A DNA stretch of 64,000 bases from Gemmatimonadales bacterium (lineage in GTDB: Bacteria > Gemmatimonadota > Gemmatimonadetes > Gemmatimonadales > GWC2-71-9). The stretch's first letter is position 1. Each line of letters opens with the position of its first letter. A model generated the notes under the pieces. The model saw only the letters and a list, made by a program, of their open reading frames with translations, had not been told where the DNA came from and made no database searches. The DNA lies in assembly GCA_041613315.1 (NCBI GenBank), contig JBFJHJ010000006.1, positions 1-64,000 of the forward strand, in the 5' to 3' direction. Made by a program: the position numbers and the translations under genes. Shown in pieces: positions 35,720 to 45,089 of the stretch.

Positions 35720-36619
35720 TCAACATGCCACCCCCTCCGCGTACGGCCCTGGCCGATCGCGCCCGACGATCTGCACCTGCGTGGCGACCCATTCGAGCTC
35801 CGCGCCCTCCCGGCCGACCACGGCGTAGCGCCGCTCGCCGTCCACGAGGATCCCGATGGCCCGCGGCTGCAAGGTCACCAGCGCGTCGAGGCAGCCGTTG
35901 GGGGGGCGCACCTCCGCGCGCAGCACGCGCTGCGGGCGCGCCTCCAGCGACCGGTACACCGCGTACCCGTGGTCGACCAGCGGCGCGCGAAAGGTGCCGG
36001 TCCCGACTTCGGTGGGCGTGCCAATGAGCGCCAGCGCGCCGGCGACGTGGCGCTCCACGATCCCGATGCGGAGCCCTCGCCACGTTCGGTTGGAAACGCT
36101 GAACGTGACGGCGTACACGGTGTCGTTGTACGCGTCGATCGCGAGATCGGCGCCGTACGTGTAGCGGGCGAGTTGCGGCGCGCTGGAGTGGGGCTGCGGC
36201 GCCTGCGTTCCCAGGACGGCGAACACCACCGCGATCGGCGCGCCGGGGGCCACGGGGAGCGTCCGCGCGTCATCCGTGGGCACCGGCGGCTGTGGCGCCG
36301 CCACGTATCGCGGGCCCGACAGGAGAACCGCCGCGCCCGCCGCCGCGATGGCGCCGCTGGCCGCCAGCAAGAACGCCCACCGGCGCCACCCCTGGCGAGG
36401 CGCTTCCCGCGGCGCGCGCCCCGATGGCCGGGAGGGGCCGCGCCCCGTGAGGAGCGCCTCGCCGCGCCCTCCCGGCCGGCCCGTCTGTGTTGCCCGCGCC
36501 AGCTCCTGCATCACCTGATCGTGATCGACCCCCTGCCGCTCACGGTGGCAGGCCGGGCACCCGCGCGGGTTCTCGTCGTTGTACGGGATCTTGTGGATCG
36601 AGCAGCGGACGACGGTCAT
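35720..36619 (-). CDS. hypothetical bitopic membrane protein with N-terminal zinc-finger-like motif
   Basis: CSIH-x11-CPAC, basic linker, single TM, beta-rich C domain. Confidence 0.75.
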   Translation of the reverse strand: MTVVRCSIHKIPYNDENPRGCPACHRERQGVDHDQVMQELARATQTGRPGGRGEALLTGRGPSRPSGRAPREAPRQGWRRWAFLLAASGAIAAAGAAVLLSGPRYVAAPQPPVPTDDARTLPVAPGAPIAVVFAVLGTQAPQPHSSAPQLARYTYGADLAIDAYNDTVYAVTFSVSNRTWRGLRIGIVERHVAGALALIGTPTEVGTGTFRAPLVDHGYAVYRSLEARPQRVLRAEVRPPNGCLDALVTLQPRAIGILVDGERRYAVVGREGAELEWVATQVQIVGRDRPGPYAEGVAC

Positions 36620-36630
36620 GCGCGACGCGC

Positions 36631-37191
36631 TCAGAGTCTCGGGAGCGTGACGCCCCGCTGGGCCTGGTACTTCCCCCGCCGATCGGCGTACGACACCTCG
36701 CAGATGTCGTCGCGGTCCGCTTCGAAGAAGAGCACCTGCGCGATCCCCTCGCCGGCGTAGATCTTGGCCGGGAGGGGCGTCGTGTTGGAGATCTCGAGCG
36801 TCACGTGCCCCTCCCACTCCGGCTCGAACGGCGTCACGTTGGTGATGATCCCGCAGCGTGCATACGTGCTCTTGCCGACGCAGATCGTGAGCACCTCGCG
36901 AGGAATCCGGAAGTACTCCACCGAACGGGCTAGCGCGAACGAATTGGGGGGAATGAGGCAGCTGTCCGCCTCGACTTCCACGAAGGAGCGCGAGTCGAAC
37001 GCTTTCGGATCGACGACCGAGGAGTGCACGTTCGTGAAGATGCGGAACTCCCGCCCGACCCGCATGTCGTAGCCGTACGACGAGACCCCGTAACTGATGA
37101 CGCCGGACCGCACCTGGCCCTGCTCGAAGGGCTCGATCATGCGGCGGGACTCGGCCATCCGACGGATCCAGCGGTCCGACTTGATCGACAT
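36631..37191 (-). CDS. dcd: dCTP deaminase
   Basis: [51 protein letters not shown]. Confidence 0.96.
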   Translation of the reverse strand: MSIKSDRWIRRMAESRRMIEPFEQGQVRSGVISYGVSSYGYDMRVGREFRIFTNVHSSVVDPKAFDSRSFVEVEADSCLIPPNSFALARSVEYFRIPREVLTICVGKSTYARCGIITNVTPFEPEWEGHVTLEISNTTPLPAKIYAGEGIAQVLFFEADRDDICEVSYADRRGKYQAQRGVTLPRL

Positions 37192-37286
37192 CGTCCGTTC
37201 CTTCCGCGTCTTCGCACCGAGGCATCGGCCCGTGGCGGGCCGGCTAAAGATACGTAAGCGTAGCTCGCGCGCCAGCTTAGGTTTGC

Positions 37287-37316
37287 TTGACACTGCTCCG
37301 AGCGGCTGAGTAACTT
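37287..37316 (+). promoter_or_regulatory. sigma70-type promoter of the nuo operon
   Basis: TTGACA(37287-92)-18 nt-TAACTT(37311-16). Confidence 0.7.
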
Positions 37317-37330
37317 CAGTCACGCCGTCC

Positions 37331-37348
37331 TAGTGAAATTTTTCACGA
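37331..37348. promoter_or_regulatory. Rex-like operator
   Basis: TAGTGAA-ATTT-TTCACGA versus Rex consensus TTGTGAA-N4-TTCACAA (2 mismatches); AT-rich palindrome between promoter and nuoA. Confidence 0.75.
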
Positions 37349-37360
37349 GTGAACGCGCCT

Positions 37361-37717
37361 GTGCTCCGAGAGTACCTCCCGCTCCTGTTGCTGATCGGCT
37401 TCGTCATCCTGAACGCTGTCGGGATGCTGGCCCTCTCGCATCTCTTCCCCCGCCGCCGTCCCACGCCGATCAAGCTGATGCCGTACGAGTCCGGGATGAC
37501 GCCCCTCGGCACGGCGCGCGAGCGCTTCAGCGTGAAGTTCTACTTGGTGGCCATGCTGTTCATCCTGTTCGATATTGAAGTCGTCTTCCTGATTCCGTGG
37601 GGAGTGGCCTTCCGGCAGCTGGGCCTGCTCGGGCTCGTCGCCATGACGGTGTTCGTGGTGATCCTCGAGGTGGGGCACGTCTACGCGTGGAAGCGGGGAG
37701 CGCTGGAATGGGACTGA
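37361..37717 (+). CDS. nuoA: NADH-quinone oxidoreductase subunit A
   Basis: [42 protein letters not shown]; start 37349 or 37361. Confidence 0.95.
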   Translation: MLREYLPLLLLIGFVILNAVGMLALSHLFPRRRPTPIKLMPYESGMTPLGTARERFSVKFYLVAMLFILFDIEVVFLIPWGVAFRQLGLLGLVAMTVFVVILEVGHVYAWKRGALEWD

Positions 37718-38346
37718 CCGCCGACCGGCCGGCGCCCGCGCCGGCCACCGACCACGGCCGGACGATCGTCTCGCAGGTCTCCCCCAACTGGGTGACCACG
37801 CGCTTCGATTTCCTGGTCAACTGGGCCCGGTCGAACAGCTTATGGCCCATGCCGTTCGGCACGGCCTGCTGCGCGATCGAGTTCATGGCCACGGCCGCCG
37901 CGCGGTTCGACCTGGCGCGCTTCGGCATGGAGCGCATGAGCTTCTCCCCGCGACAGGCGGACGTGCTGATCTGTGCTGGCCGGCTGCCGTTCAAGCTGGC
38001 CCCCGTCATCCGCCGCATCTACGACCAAATGCCCCAGCCCAAGTGGGTGATCTCCATGGGGGCCTGCGCCTCATCGGGCGGTATCTTCGACAACTACGCG
38101 ATGGTGCAGGGCATCGATACCGTGGTCCCGGTGGATGTCTACGTCCCCGGCTGCCCCCCCCGACCCGAGGGGCTCCTGTACGGGATCCTCCTTCTCCAGA
38201 AGAAGGTCCGCGGCGAAACGGTGGCGGACCCGGCCCTGCGGCAAGAGCACGTCGTCCCGCCCGGCGGGCTCCGCATCTCGGCGAGCGCGATCGACGAACT
38301 GTCCGAGCCGTTCGGGAACTCCATCCATCAGACGCGCTCTGCCTGA
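37708..38346 (+). CDS. nuoB: NADH-quinone oxidoreductase subunit B
   Basis: [36 protein letters not shown]. Confidence 0.96.
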   Translation: MGLTADRPAPAPATDHGRTIVSQVSPNWVTTRFDFLVNWARSNSLWPMPFGTACCAIEFMATAAARFDLARFGMERMSFSPRQADVLICAGRLPFKLAPVIRRIYDQMPQPKWVISMGACASSGGIFDNYAMVQGIDTVVPVDVYVPGCPPRPEGLLYGILLLQKKVRGETVADPALRQEHVVPPGGLRISASAIDELSEPFGNSIHQTRSA

Positions 38347-38353
38347 CGCCGCG

Positions 38354-38989
38354 GTGAACCCCTCCGTCGAGGCGTTGCGCAGGCAATTCGGCGGCCGTGT
38401 CCGGCGGGCCCTGGTCACATGTGGCGACACGGTCGTCTATGTCGACCGCGCCGCCGTCCGCCAGGTCCTGGCGTGGCTCAAGGAGACGCCCGGGCAGGAC
38501 TACGACTACCTGGTGGACGTGACGGCCGTCGAGTATCGGGATCCCGAGCGTCCGCTTGAGGTGGTCTACCAGCTGCGCTCGCTCCAGCGCCGAGCCGACC
38601 TGCGCGTGAAGGCGGAGGTGGACAAGGTGGGGCCGCTCGAAGTGGAGTCCGTCGTGCCGCTGTGGCGGGCGGCCGATTGGCTGGAGCGCGAGGTGTACGA
38701 CATGTTCGGGATCACGTTCCGTGGCCACCCCGATCTGCGTCGCATTCTCATGTGGGAGACGTACGCCGAAGGGTATCCCCTGCGGAAGGACTTCCCCCTG
38801 CGCGGGCGGTTCTCGCGAGCCGAGCAGGTGCGCCAGGCGCTGCATGCGAATCCCGAGGCGCACTACTCGATGGAGGAGCTGTCGATCGCCGAGGCGCACG
38901 TCGATCTCCCGCTGGACATGCGGGAGCGGCTGGCCCGCGGGCGGCGGGAGACGGTCCCCGAGCCCGACCTTCCTGACGACGATGGCTGA
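38354..38989 (+). CDS. nuoC: NADH-quinone oxidoreductase subunit C
   Basis: ADWLEREVYDMFGITFRGHPDLRRILM, YPLRKDFPL; start approximate. Confidence 0.93.
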   Translation: MNPSVEALRRQFGGRVRRALVTCGDTVVYVDRAAVRQVLAWLKETPGQDYDYLVDVTAVEYRDPERPLEVVYQLRSLQRRADLRVKAEVDKVGPLEVESVVPLWRAADWLEREVYDMFGITFRGHPDLRRILMWETYAEGYPLRKDFPLRGRFSRAEQVRQALHANPEAHYSMEELSIAEAHVDLPLDMRERLARGRRETVPEPDLPDDDG

Positions 38990-40271
38990 GCGGCGCACCG
39001 TGGAGCTGGATGTCGCCACCGCCGGTGTGGACGCCGGGGGCCGGCCCCTGCGCGTGCCGCTGGGCGTGGCGACCGCGCCGGAGGGCCCCGGCGAGCCGGA
39101 CATCGGCGCGGAGCACATGCTCCTGAACATCGGGCCACAGCATCCCGCGACGCATGGAGTGCTCCGGCTGGTCGTGGAGCTGGACGGCGAAATCGTACGC
39201 CGCGTGATCCCCCACGTGGGGTACCTGCACTCGGGGTTCGAGAAGCTCGGAGAGTACCGGCACTACAATCAGATCATCCCCCTCACGGACCGGACCGATT
39301 ACCTGTCGCCCATGGCGAACAACGTGGCGCTCGCGCTGGCGGCCGAGCGGCTCATGGGCATCGAGATCACGGAGCGCTGCAAGGTGCTCCGGGTGATCGC
39401 GTGCGAGATGAGTCGGGTGATCTCGCACGTCGTCTGGTTGGGGACCACCGCGATCGATATCGGCGCGTTCACGCCCTTCCTCTGGACCTTCCAGCAGCGC
39501 GAGCTCGTGTACGACCTCCAGGAGGCGTGGACGGGCGCGCGGCTCACCACCAGCCTGACGCGGGTCGGCGGGCTCATGGCGGACATTCCCCAAGGGTTCG
39601 AGGACCAGCTCCGCGCCTTCTGCCGCGGCTTCCCGAAGGTCCTGGACGAGGTGGACCGGCTCCTCACCCGCAACGGCATCTGGTGCTCGCGGACCCAAGG
39701 ATTGGGTGTGATGAGTGCGGCGGAGGCGATCAACTACGGTCTCTCGGGGCCCATGCTGCGGGCCAGTGGGGTGGCGTACGATGTGCGGAAAGATCGCCCC
39801 TATCTCGACTACGAGACCTACGACTTTGACGTGCCCGTCGGCGAACACGGCGACGTCTACGACCGGTACCTGGTCCGCCTGGAGGAGATGCGGCAGTCCG
39901 TGCGGCTCCTGGAGCAGGCGCTGGACCGCCTCCCCGACGGGCCGATCAACGTGGACGACCCGCGGGTCATCCTGCCGCCCAAGACGGCGGCGATGACGGA
40001 CATGGAAGCTATGATCTTCCACTTCAAGCAGGTGATGGACGGGGTTCGGGCGCCGGTGGGCGAGGTCTACCTGCCGATCGAGAACGGCAAAGGCGAGCTG
40101 GGGACCTACTTCGTGTCCGACGGCACGGCGAAGCCGGTCCGGTGGCGCATTCGGCCCCCGTCATTCATCAATCTCGCGGCGCTCCCCAAAATGGCGGAAG
40201 GGCACCTCCTGTCCGACCTGATCGCGGTCAATGCCAGCGTGGACATCGTGATGGGCGAGGTGGATCGGTGA
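38982..40271 (+). CDS. nuoD: NADH-quinone oxidoreductase subunit D
   Basis: NIGPQHPATHGVLRL, GYLHSGFEK, DIVMGEVDR. Confidence 0.96.
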   Translation: MAERRTVELDVATAGVDAGGRPLRVPLGVATAPEGPGEPDIGAEHMLLNIGPQHPATHGVLRLVVELDGEIVRRVIPHVGYLHSGFEKLGEYRHYNQIIPLTDRTDYLSPMANNVALALAAERLMGIEITERCKVLRVIACEMSRVISHVVWLGTTAIDIGAFTPFLWTFQQRELVYDLQEAWTGARLTTSLTRVGGLMADIPQGFEDQLRAFCRGFPKVLDEVDRLLTRNGIWCSRTQGLGVMSAAEAINYGLSGPMLRASGVAYDVRKDRPYLDYETYDFDVPVGEHGDVYDRYLVRLEEMRQSVRLLEQALDRLPDGPINVDDPRVILPPKTAAMTDMEAMIFHFKQVMDGVRAPVGEVYLPIENGKGELGTYFVSDGTAKPVRWRIRPPSFINLAALPKMAEGHLLSDLIAVNASVDIVMGEVDR

Positions 40272-40288
40272 GCGGTCGGCACCCGGCG

Positions 40289-40388
40289 TGTTCCGTGATC
40301 CGTCGTCCGGTTTCCGACGTTTCGCGACCCGCCCCGCTGCGGGTGTCCGCCCGGGGCCACGGAGCCACGACGAATGATGGATGACGCT
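40289..40388. repeat. degenerate heptamer/octamer tandem repeats in opposite orientations
   Basis: TGTTCCG TGATCCG TCGTCCG GTTTCCG (40289-40316), then CGGGGCCA CGGAGCCA CGACGAA TGATGGA. Confidence 0.45.
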
Positions 40389-40397
40389 TCAGCGGCG

Positions 40398-40892
40398 ATG
40401 ACCGAGACCACGACGTACGAGCCCGTCTTCACGGGCGCGCAACGGAAACAGCTGGAGGCGATCCTCCCGCGCTACCCCACGAAGCAGGCCGCGCTGCTGC
40501 CGGCCCTGTGGATGGTACAGGAGACGCACGGCTGGGTGTCGGACAGCGCCATGGCGGAGGTCGCGGAGGTCCTGGACTTGGCGCCCGCTTACGTCAAGGG
40601 CGTGGTGACCTTCTACACGATGTACCACCAGCACCCGGTGGGGCGCTATTTCATTCAGATATGCACGACGACGCCGTGCAACCTGTGTGGCGCGGAAGAC
40701 GTCGTGCACGCCTTCCTCACGCACACGGGCTGCGGGGAGCTCGGCGCCACGTCGACCGACGGCGGGTACACGGTGATCGAGGTCGAGTGCCTGGGAGCGT
40801 GCGGGTTTGCCACACCGGTGCTGATCAACGACGACTTCATCGAGGGCGTGACGCCGGAAACCGTTCCGGAGCTGCTGCGGAGCTACCGATGA
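40398..40892 (+). CDS. nuoE: NADH-quinone oxidoreductase subunit E
   Basis: ALLPALW, VVTFYTMY, CTTTPC..CG, ECLGAC (2Fe-2S); start 40374/40377/40398. Confidence 0.94.
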   Translation: MTETTTYEPVFTGAQRKQLEAILPRYPTKQAALLPALWMVQETHGWVSDSAMAEVAEVLDLAPAYVKGVVTFYTMYHQHPVGRYFIQICTTTPCNLCGAEDVVHAFLTHTGCGELGATSTDGGYTVIEVECLGACGFATPVLINDDFIEGVTPETVPELLRSYR

Positions 40893-40984
40893 CGCCGCCG
40901 CCGGCGCCGGCGTGACCCGGCCCGTGATCAGACGCCGCAGGGGTGCGGCGCGTCCGCCGCGTCATGGCGGAGCGGCGAGGTAAC

Positions 40985-42292
40985 ATGGGTTACCCGCACC
41001 AGCCGCACTCCAAAGAGACCGTGGTGCTCTCCGAGTACTTCGGCGACCCCGACGCCCGCACCTACGACGGGTGGATCAAGCGGGGTGGCTACCGGGCGCT
41101 CGAGCGGGCGTTGGGAATGGCGCCGGCCGCCATCATCGAAGAGGTCAAGCGATCCGGGCTTCGCGGCCGGGGCGGCGCGGGCTTCCCGACCGGTGTCAAA
41201 TGGGGGTTCATGCCGCGGGAGAAGAAGAAGCCCCACTACCTCTGCTGCAACGCGGACGAGTCGGAGCCCGGGACGTTCAAGGACCGCGAGATCATGCGGT
41301 GGACGCCGCACGCGCTCATCGAGGGGTGCGCGATCGCCCAGTACGCGATCCAGGCCGAGATCAACTACATCTACATCCGCGGCGAGTTCACCGAGCCGCT
41401 CCGCATCATGTCGCAGGCGCTGGACGAGGCGTACGCCAAGGGTGTGCTCGGTGCCAACGCGATGGGCACGGGCGTGCGGCTCGACATGTATGTGCACCGC
41501 GGTGCCGGGGCCTACATCTGCGGGGAGGAGACCGCCCTCATGAACTCGATCGAGGGCCGCCGCGGCAATCCCCGGGTGAAACCGCCCTTTCCGGCGGCGG
41601 TCGGTGTGTTCGGTATGCCGACCACGATCAACAACGTCGAGACGCTGGCGGCGGTGCCGCCCATTCTCAACCGCGGTGGCGAGTGGTATAAAGGCCTGAG
41701 CCGCGCCAGCCCGAAGAGCACCGGCACCAAGCTCTACAGCGTGTGCGGACACGTGCAGCGACCCGGCAACTACGAGCTCGAGATGGGCTTCCCCCTGGGC
41801 GAGCTGATCCACGAGTTGTGCGGCGGCGTCCCCGCCGGCCGCACGCTCAAGGCCTGCATCCCCGGCGGCTCCTCGGTGCCGATTCTGACCCGCGAGGAGA
41901 CCGAGGCCTGCGTCCTCGACTACGAGGGCGTCGTGGAGGCCGGCTCGATGCTGGGCTCCGGGGGTGTGATCGTGTTGGACGACAGCGCCGACATGGTCTA
42001 CCAGATCATGCGGCTCGCCAAGTTCTACGCCCATGAGTCGTGCGCCCAGTGCACGCAGTGTCGGGAGGGCACGGCGTGGACCGTGCGGATCCTCCAGAGG
42101 ATTCTGGCCGGGGAAGGCGAGATGCGGGACTTGGACGTGCTGCTGGACCTGGCCGAGCAGATGACGGGGAAGACGATCTGCGTGTTGAGCGACTCGTGTG
42201 CCGCGCCGGTCGTGAGCGGCATCAAGAAATTCCGCGGGGAGTTCGAAGCGTACATCTCGGGCGCGCGGCGCCCGGCACGAGCGGTGGCATAG
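40985..42292 (+). CDS. nuoF: NADH-quinone oxidoreductase subunit F
   Basis: GLRGRGGAGFPTGVKW, NADESEPGTFKDR, GAGAYICGEETAL, ESCAQCTQCREG. Confidence 0.96.
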   Translation: MGYPHQPHSKETVVLSEYFGDPDARTYDGWIKRGGYRALERALGMAPAAIIEEVKRSGLRGRGGAGFPTGVKWGFMPREKKKPHYLCCNADESEPGTFKDREIMRWTPHALIEGCAIAQYAIQAEINYIYIRGEFTEPLRIMSQALDEAYAKGVLGANAMGTGVRLDMYVHRGAGAYICGEETALMNSIEGRRGNPRVKPPFPAAVGVFGMPTTINNVETLAAVPPILNRGGEWYKGLSRASPKSTGTKLYSVCGHVQRPGNYELEMGFPLGELIHELCGGVPAGRTLKACIPGGSSVPILTREETEACVLDYEGVVEAGSMLGSGGVIVLDDSADMVYQIMRLAKFYAHESCAQCTQCREGTAWTVRILQRILAGEGEMRDLDVLLDLAEQMTGKTICVLSDSCAAPVVSGIKKFRGEFEAYISGARRPARAVA

Positions 42293-42297
42293 CCGCG

Positions 42298-43884
42298 ATG
42301 ACCCAGAGCGAGCTGGTCACGCTGACGATCGAAGGCGTCGAGGTCACGGTCCCCAAGGGGACGACGATCCTCGAGGCGGCGAAGCAGGCGGGGATCCTCA
42401 TCCCGCACTACTGCTACCACCCCGGGCTCCCCATCGCCGGCGTCTGTCGGATGTGCCTCATCGAGGTCGAAGGCATGCCGAAGTTGCAGATCGGCTGCCA
42501 GGCGCAGGTCGGGGCGGGGCAGGTGGTGCGCGTCTCGTCCGAGGAAGCGAAGCAAGCGCGAGAGGCGGTCCTCGAGTTCCTCCTCATCAATCATCCGCTC
42601 GATTGCCCGATCTGCGACCAGGCCGGTGAGTGCGAGCTCCAGGATTACGTGTTTCAGGAGGGCCGCGCCCGCACGCGCTACACCCCGGCCTATCCCAAGC
42701 GCTTCAATCCCGTGGAAGACTTCGGCGGCGACGTGCTCTACGTCCCCAACCGCTGCATCCTGTGCACGCGCTGCGTGCGCTTCATGGACCACGTCGCGAC
42801 CGACCCCATCCTGAACGTGAGCGAGCGCGGCGATCGAGCCTACATCGGGATCCATCCCGACCGGGAGCTGGTGCACCCCTGGGCCGGCAACGTGGTGGAC
42901 CTCTGTCCCGTCGGATCGCTCCTCTCCAAGGATTTCCTGCACAAGGCGCGCGCGTGGGAGCTGGACAAGACGGCGAGTATCTGTACCGGCTGCTCGCAGG
43001 GGTGCAACATCAACCTGGATACCCGGACCGACGTCGTGGTACGCCTCCGCCCACGATCCAACCCGCACGTCAACCGCTGGTTCATGTGCGATCACGGGCG
43101 GCTCACCTATCGCTGGCTGAACCGCGGGGATCGGATCGAGGCGCCGCTCGTTCTGGAAGGGGGCGAGCTCGTCGCCACAGACTGGGACCAGGCGCTGGAG
43201 CGCGCGGCGGAGCGCCTGGCCGCGGCGGCGGGGCGCGCCGTGGCGCTCGTCTCGCCGGGCGCCTCGAACGAGGCGCTGTTCCTCGCGCAGCGCGTGTTGC
43301 GCGGCTTCGACGTCACCGGCGCGTTTCGGGTGGAGCGAGTCCCCGGTGAGTCGCCGTTGCCCGGCGTGCCGGGGCTGGCGCTCCGAAGTGAACGGGCGCC
43401 GAACGTGGCGGGCGCCCTGGCGCTGGGGTACGAGGAGGCGTTCGACCGCGCGTTAGCCGAGCTTGGGGAGGCGGCGGCCCTGTTGGTGCTCGACGAGTCG
43501 CTCGACGGCGTGTCTCGCGAGACGCTGAGAGGCGCAGGGTCGGTGATCTATCTGGGGACGGTGCTCCCCGAGGCGGCCCGGGGGGCGGAAGTCGTCCTGC
43601 CGATCACGAACGTGGCGGAGGAAGATGGCACGTTCGTGAATCGGGACCGCCGCGTGCAGCGCTATTTCCAGGCCACGGCGGCGCCGGGGATGGCGCGCCC
43701 CGCGTGGTGGGTGCTGGGCGAGCTGGTGATGCATCGGGGCGACAGTGCGCCGCTGAGCAGCGCCGCCGAGGCGTTCGACCGCCTCGCCGCCGCGGAGGCG
43801 TCGTTCCACGGACTGTCGTACGCGCGCCTCGGTTACCAGGGTGCCGAGCTGCAGCGGGCCGAGACCGCCGGAGTGACCGGATGA
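42298..43884 (+). CDS. nuoG: NADH-quinone oxidoreductase subunit G (short, 528 aa)
   Basis: IPHYCYH, CRMC, HPLDCPICDQAGECELQ, CILCTRCVRF, CTGCSQGC-x27-C. Confidence 0.92.
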   Translation: MTQSELVTLTIEGVEVTVPKGTTILEAAKQAGILIPHYCYHPGLPIAGVCRMCLIEVEGMPKLQIGCQAQVGAGQVVRVSSEEAKQAREAVLEFLLINHPLDCPICDQAGECELQDYVFQEGRARTRYTPAYPKRFNPVEDFGGDVLYVPNRCILCTRCVRFMDHVATDPILNVSERGDRAYIGIHPDRELVHPWAGNVVDLCPVGSLLSKDFLHKARAWELDKTASICTGCSQGCNINLDTRTDVVVRLRPRSNPHVNRWFMCDHGRLTYRWLNRGDRIEAPLVLEGGELVATDWDQALERAAERLAAAAGRAVALVSPGASNEALFLAQRVLRGFDVTGAFRVERVPGESPLPGVPGLALRSERAPNVAGALALGYEEAFDRALAELGEAAALLVLDESLDGVSRETLRGAGSVIYLGTVLPEAARGAEVVLPITNVAEEDGTFVNRDRRVQRYFQATAAPGMARPAWWVLGELVMHRGDSAPLSSAAEAFDRLAAAEASFHGLSYARLGYQGAELQRAETAGVTG

Positions 43885-45089
43885 CCCCCGAGCTCAAGGG
43901 GTTCCTTCTGCTCGGCGTCGCGAAAGTCATCGTCGTGTTCACCGTGCTTATGGTGGGCGTGATGATGGTGGTCTGGGCCGAGCGCCGGGTGAGCGGCTGG
44001 ATGCAGGACCGGCTCGGCCCCAACCGTGTGGGGCCTGAAGGGCTGTTCCAGTCGGTCGCCGACGGCATCAAGAACATCGTGAAGGAAGAGACGTTCCCGG
44101 CCGAGGCGCATCGGACGTTGTTCTTGCTCGCCCCCGTCATGTCCTTCGTGCCGGCGCTGCTCCTGTTTGCGGTGATTCCGTTCGGGGCGCCCCTTCCCGT
44201 GAACTTCGACGTGACGCTGCCCCTGCTGGGGCACGTCGTCCATCACGGCGCGATGCCGATGGTGATCGCCGACCTGCCGGTGGGCTTCCTCTTCATCTTC
44301 GCCCTGTCCAGCCTCGGCGTGTACGGCATCGTGCTCGCCGGCTGGGCGTCCAACAGCAAGTACGCCTTCTTGGGCGCCCTTCGTGCGAGCGCCCAGATGA
44401 TCAGCTATGAGGTGGCCCTCGGCATGAGCGTCATCGTCGTCGTGATCCTGGCGGGGAACGTCAAGCTGTCGGCGGTGATCGCCGCGCAACAGCAGTCCGT
44501 CTGGTTCGTCCTCCCCCTGACGCTGGGTTTCGTGATGTTCTTCATCTCGGCGCTCGCGGAGACCAACCGGCTGCCGTTCGATTTGCCGGAGGCGGAGGCC
44601 GAGCTCATCGCGGGCTACCACACCGAGTACAGCGCGATGAAGTTCTCGATGTTCTTTATCGCGGAGTACGCCGCGATCATCACCATGTCAGCCCTCATGG
44701 CGACGTTCTTCTTCGGAGGCTGGGACATTCCCTTCTGGGACGAGGGCGCACCGGCGGCCTGGAAGACGGCGCTCACGTTGCTGGCGTTCATGCTCAAGAC
44801 GACGTTCTTCGTCTTCTGCTACATCTGGGTCCGGTGGACGCTGCCGCGGTTCCGCTTCGACCAGCTCATGGCCTTGGGGTGGAAGTTCCTCTTTCCGCTC
44901 GTGCTCGCATACATCGTGCTGATCGCGGGGGCGGTGTGGGTGTTGGACGCCGTGGGAGTCGCCTTCGGACCGATGTACGGCCTGATCCTCTTCGCGGTCA
45001 ACGTCGTGGTGCTCTACTGGGTATTCTCGGTGCTCGACCGGGGCCGCCTGATCACCGGGGCGCGGCTGCAGCAGGAAGGGCTGCGCTGA
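43881..45089 (+). CDS. nuoH: NADH-quinone oxidoreductase subunit H
   Basis: ERRVSGWMQDRLGPNRVG, AETNRLPFDLPEAEAEL, TLPRFRFDQLM. Confidence 0.96.
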   Translation: MTPELKGFLLLGVAKVIVVFTVLMVGVMMVVWAERRVSGWMQDRLGPNRVGPEGLFQSVADGIKNIVKEETFPAEAHRTLFLLAPVMSFVPALLLFAVIPFGAPLPVNFDVTLPLLGHVVHHGAMPMVIADLPVGFLFIFALSSLGVYGIVLAGWASNSKYAFLGALRASAQMISYEVALGMSVIVVVILAGNVKLSAVIAAQQQSVWFVLPLTLGFVMFFISALAETNRLPFDLPEAEAELIAGYHTEYSAMKFSMFFIAEYAAIITMSALMATFFFGGWDIPFWDEGAPAAWKTALTLLAFMLKTTFFVFCYIWVRWTLPRFRFDQLMALGWKFLFPLVLAYIVLIAGAVWVLDAVGVAFGPMYGLILFAVNVVVLYWVFSVLDRGRLITGARLQQEGLR

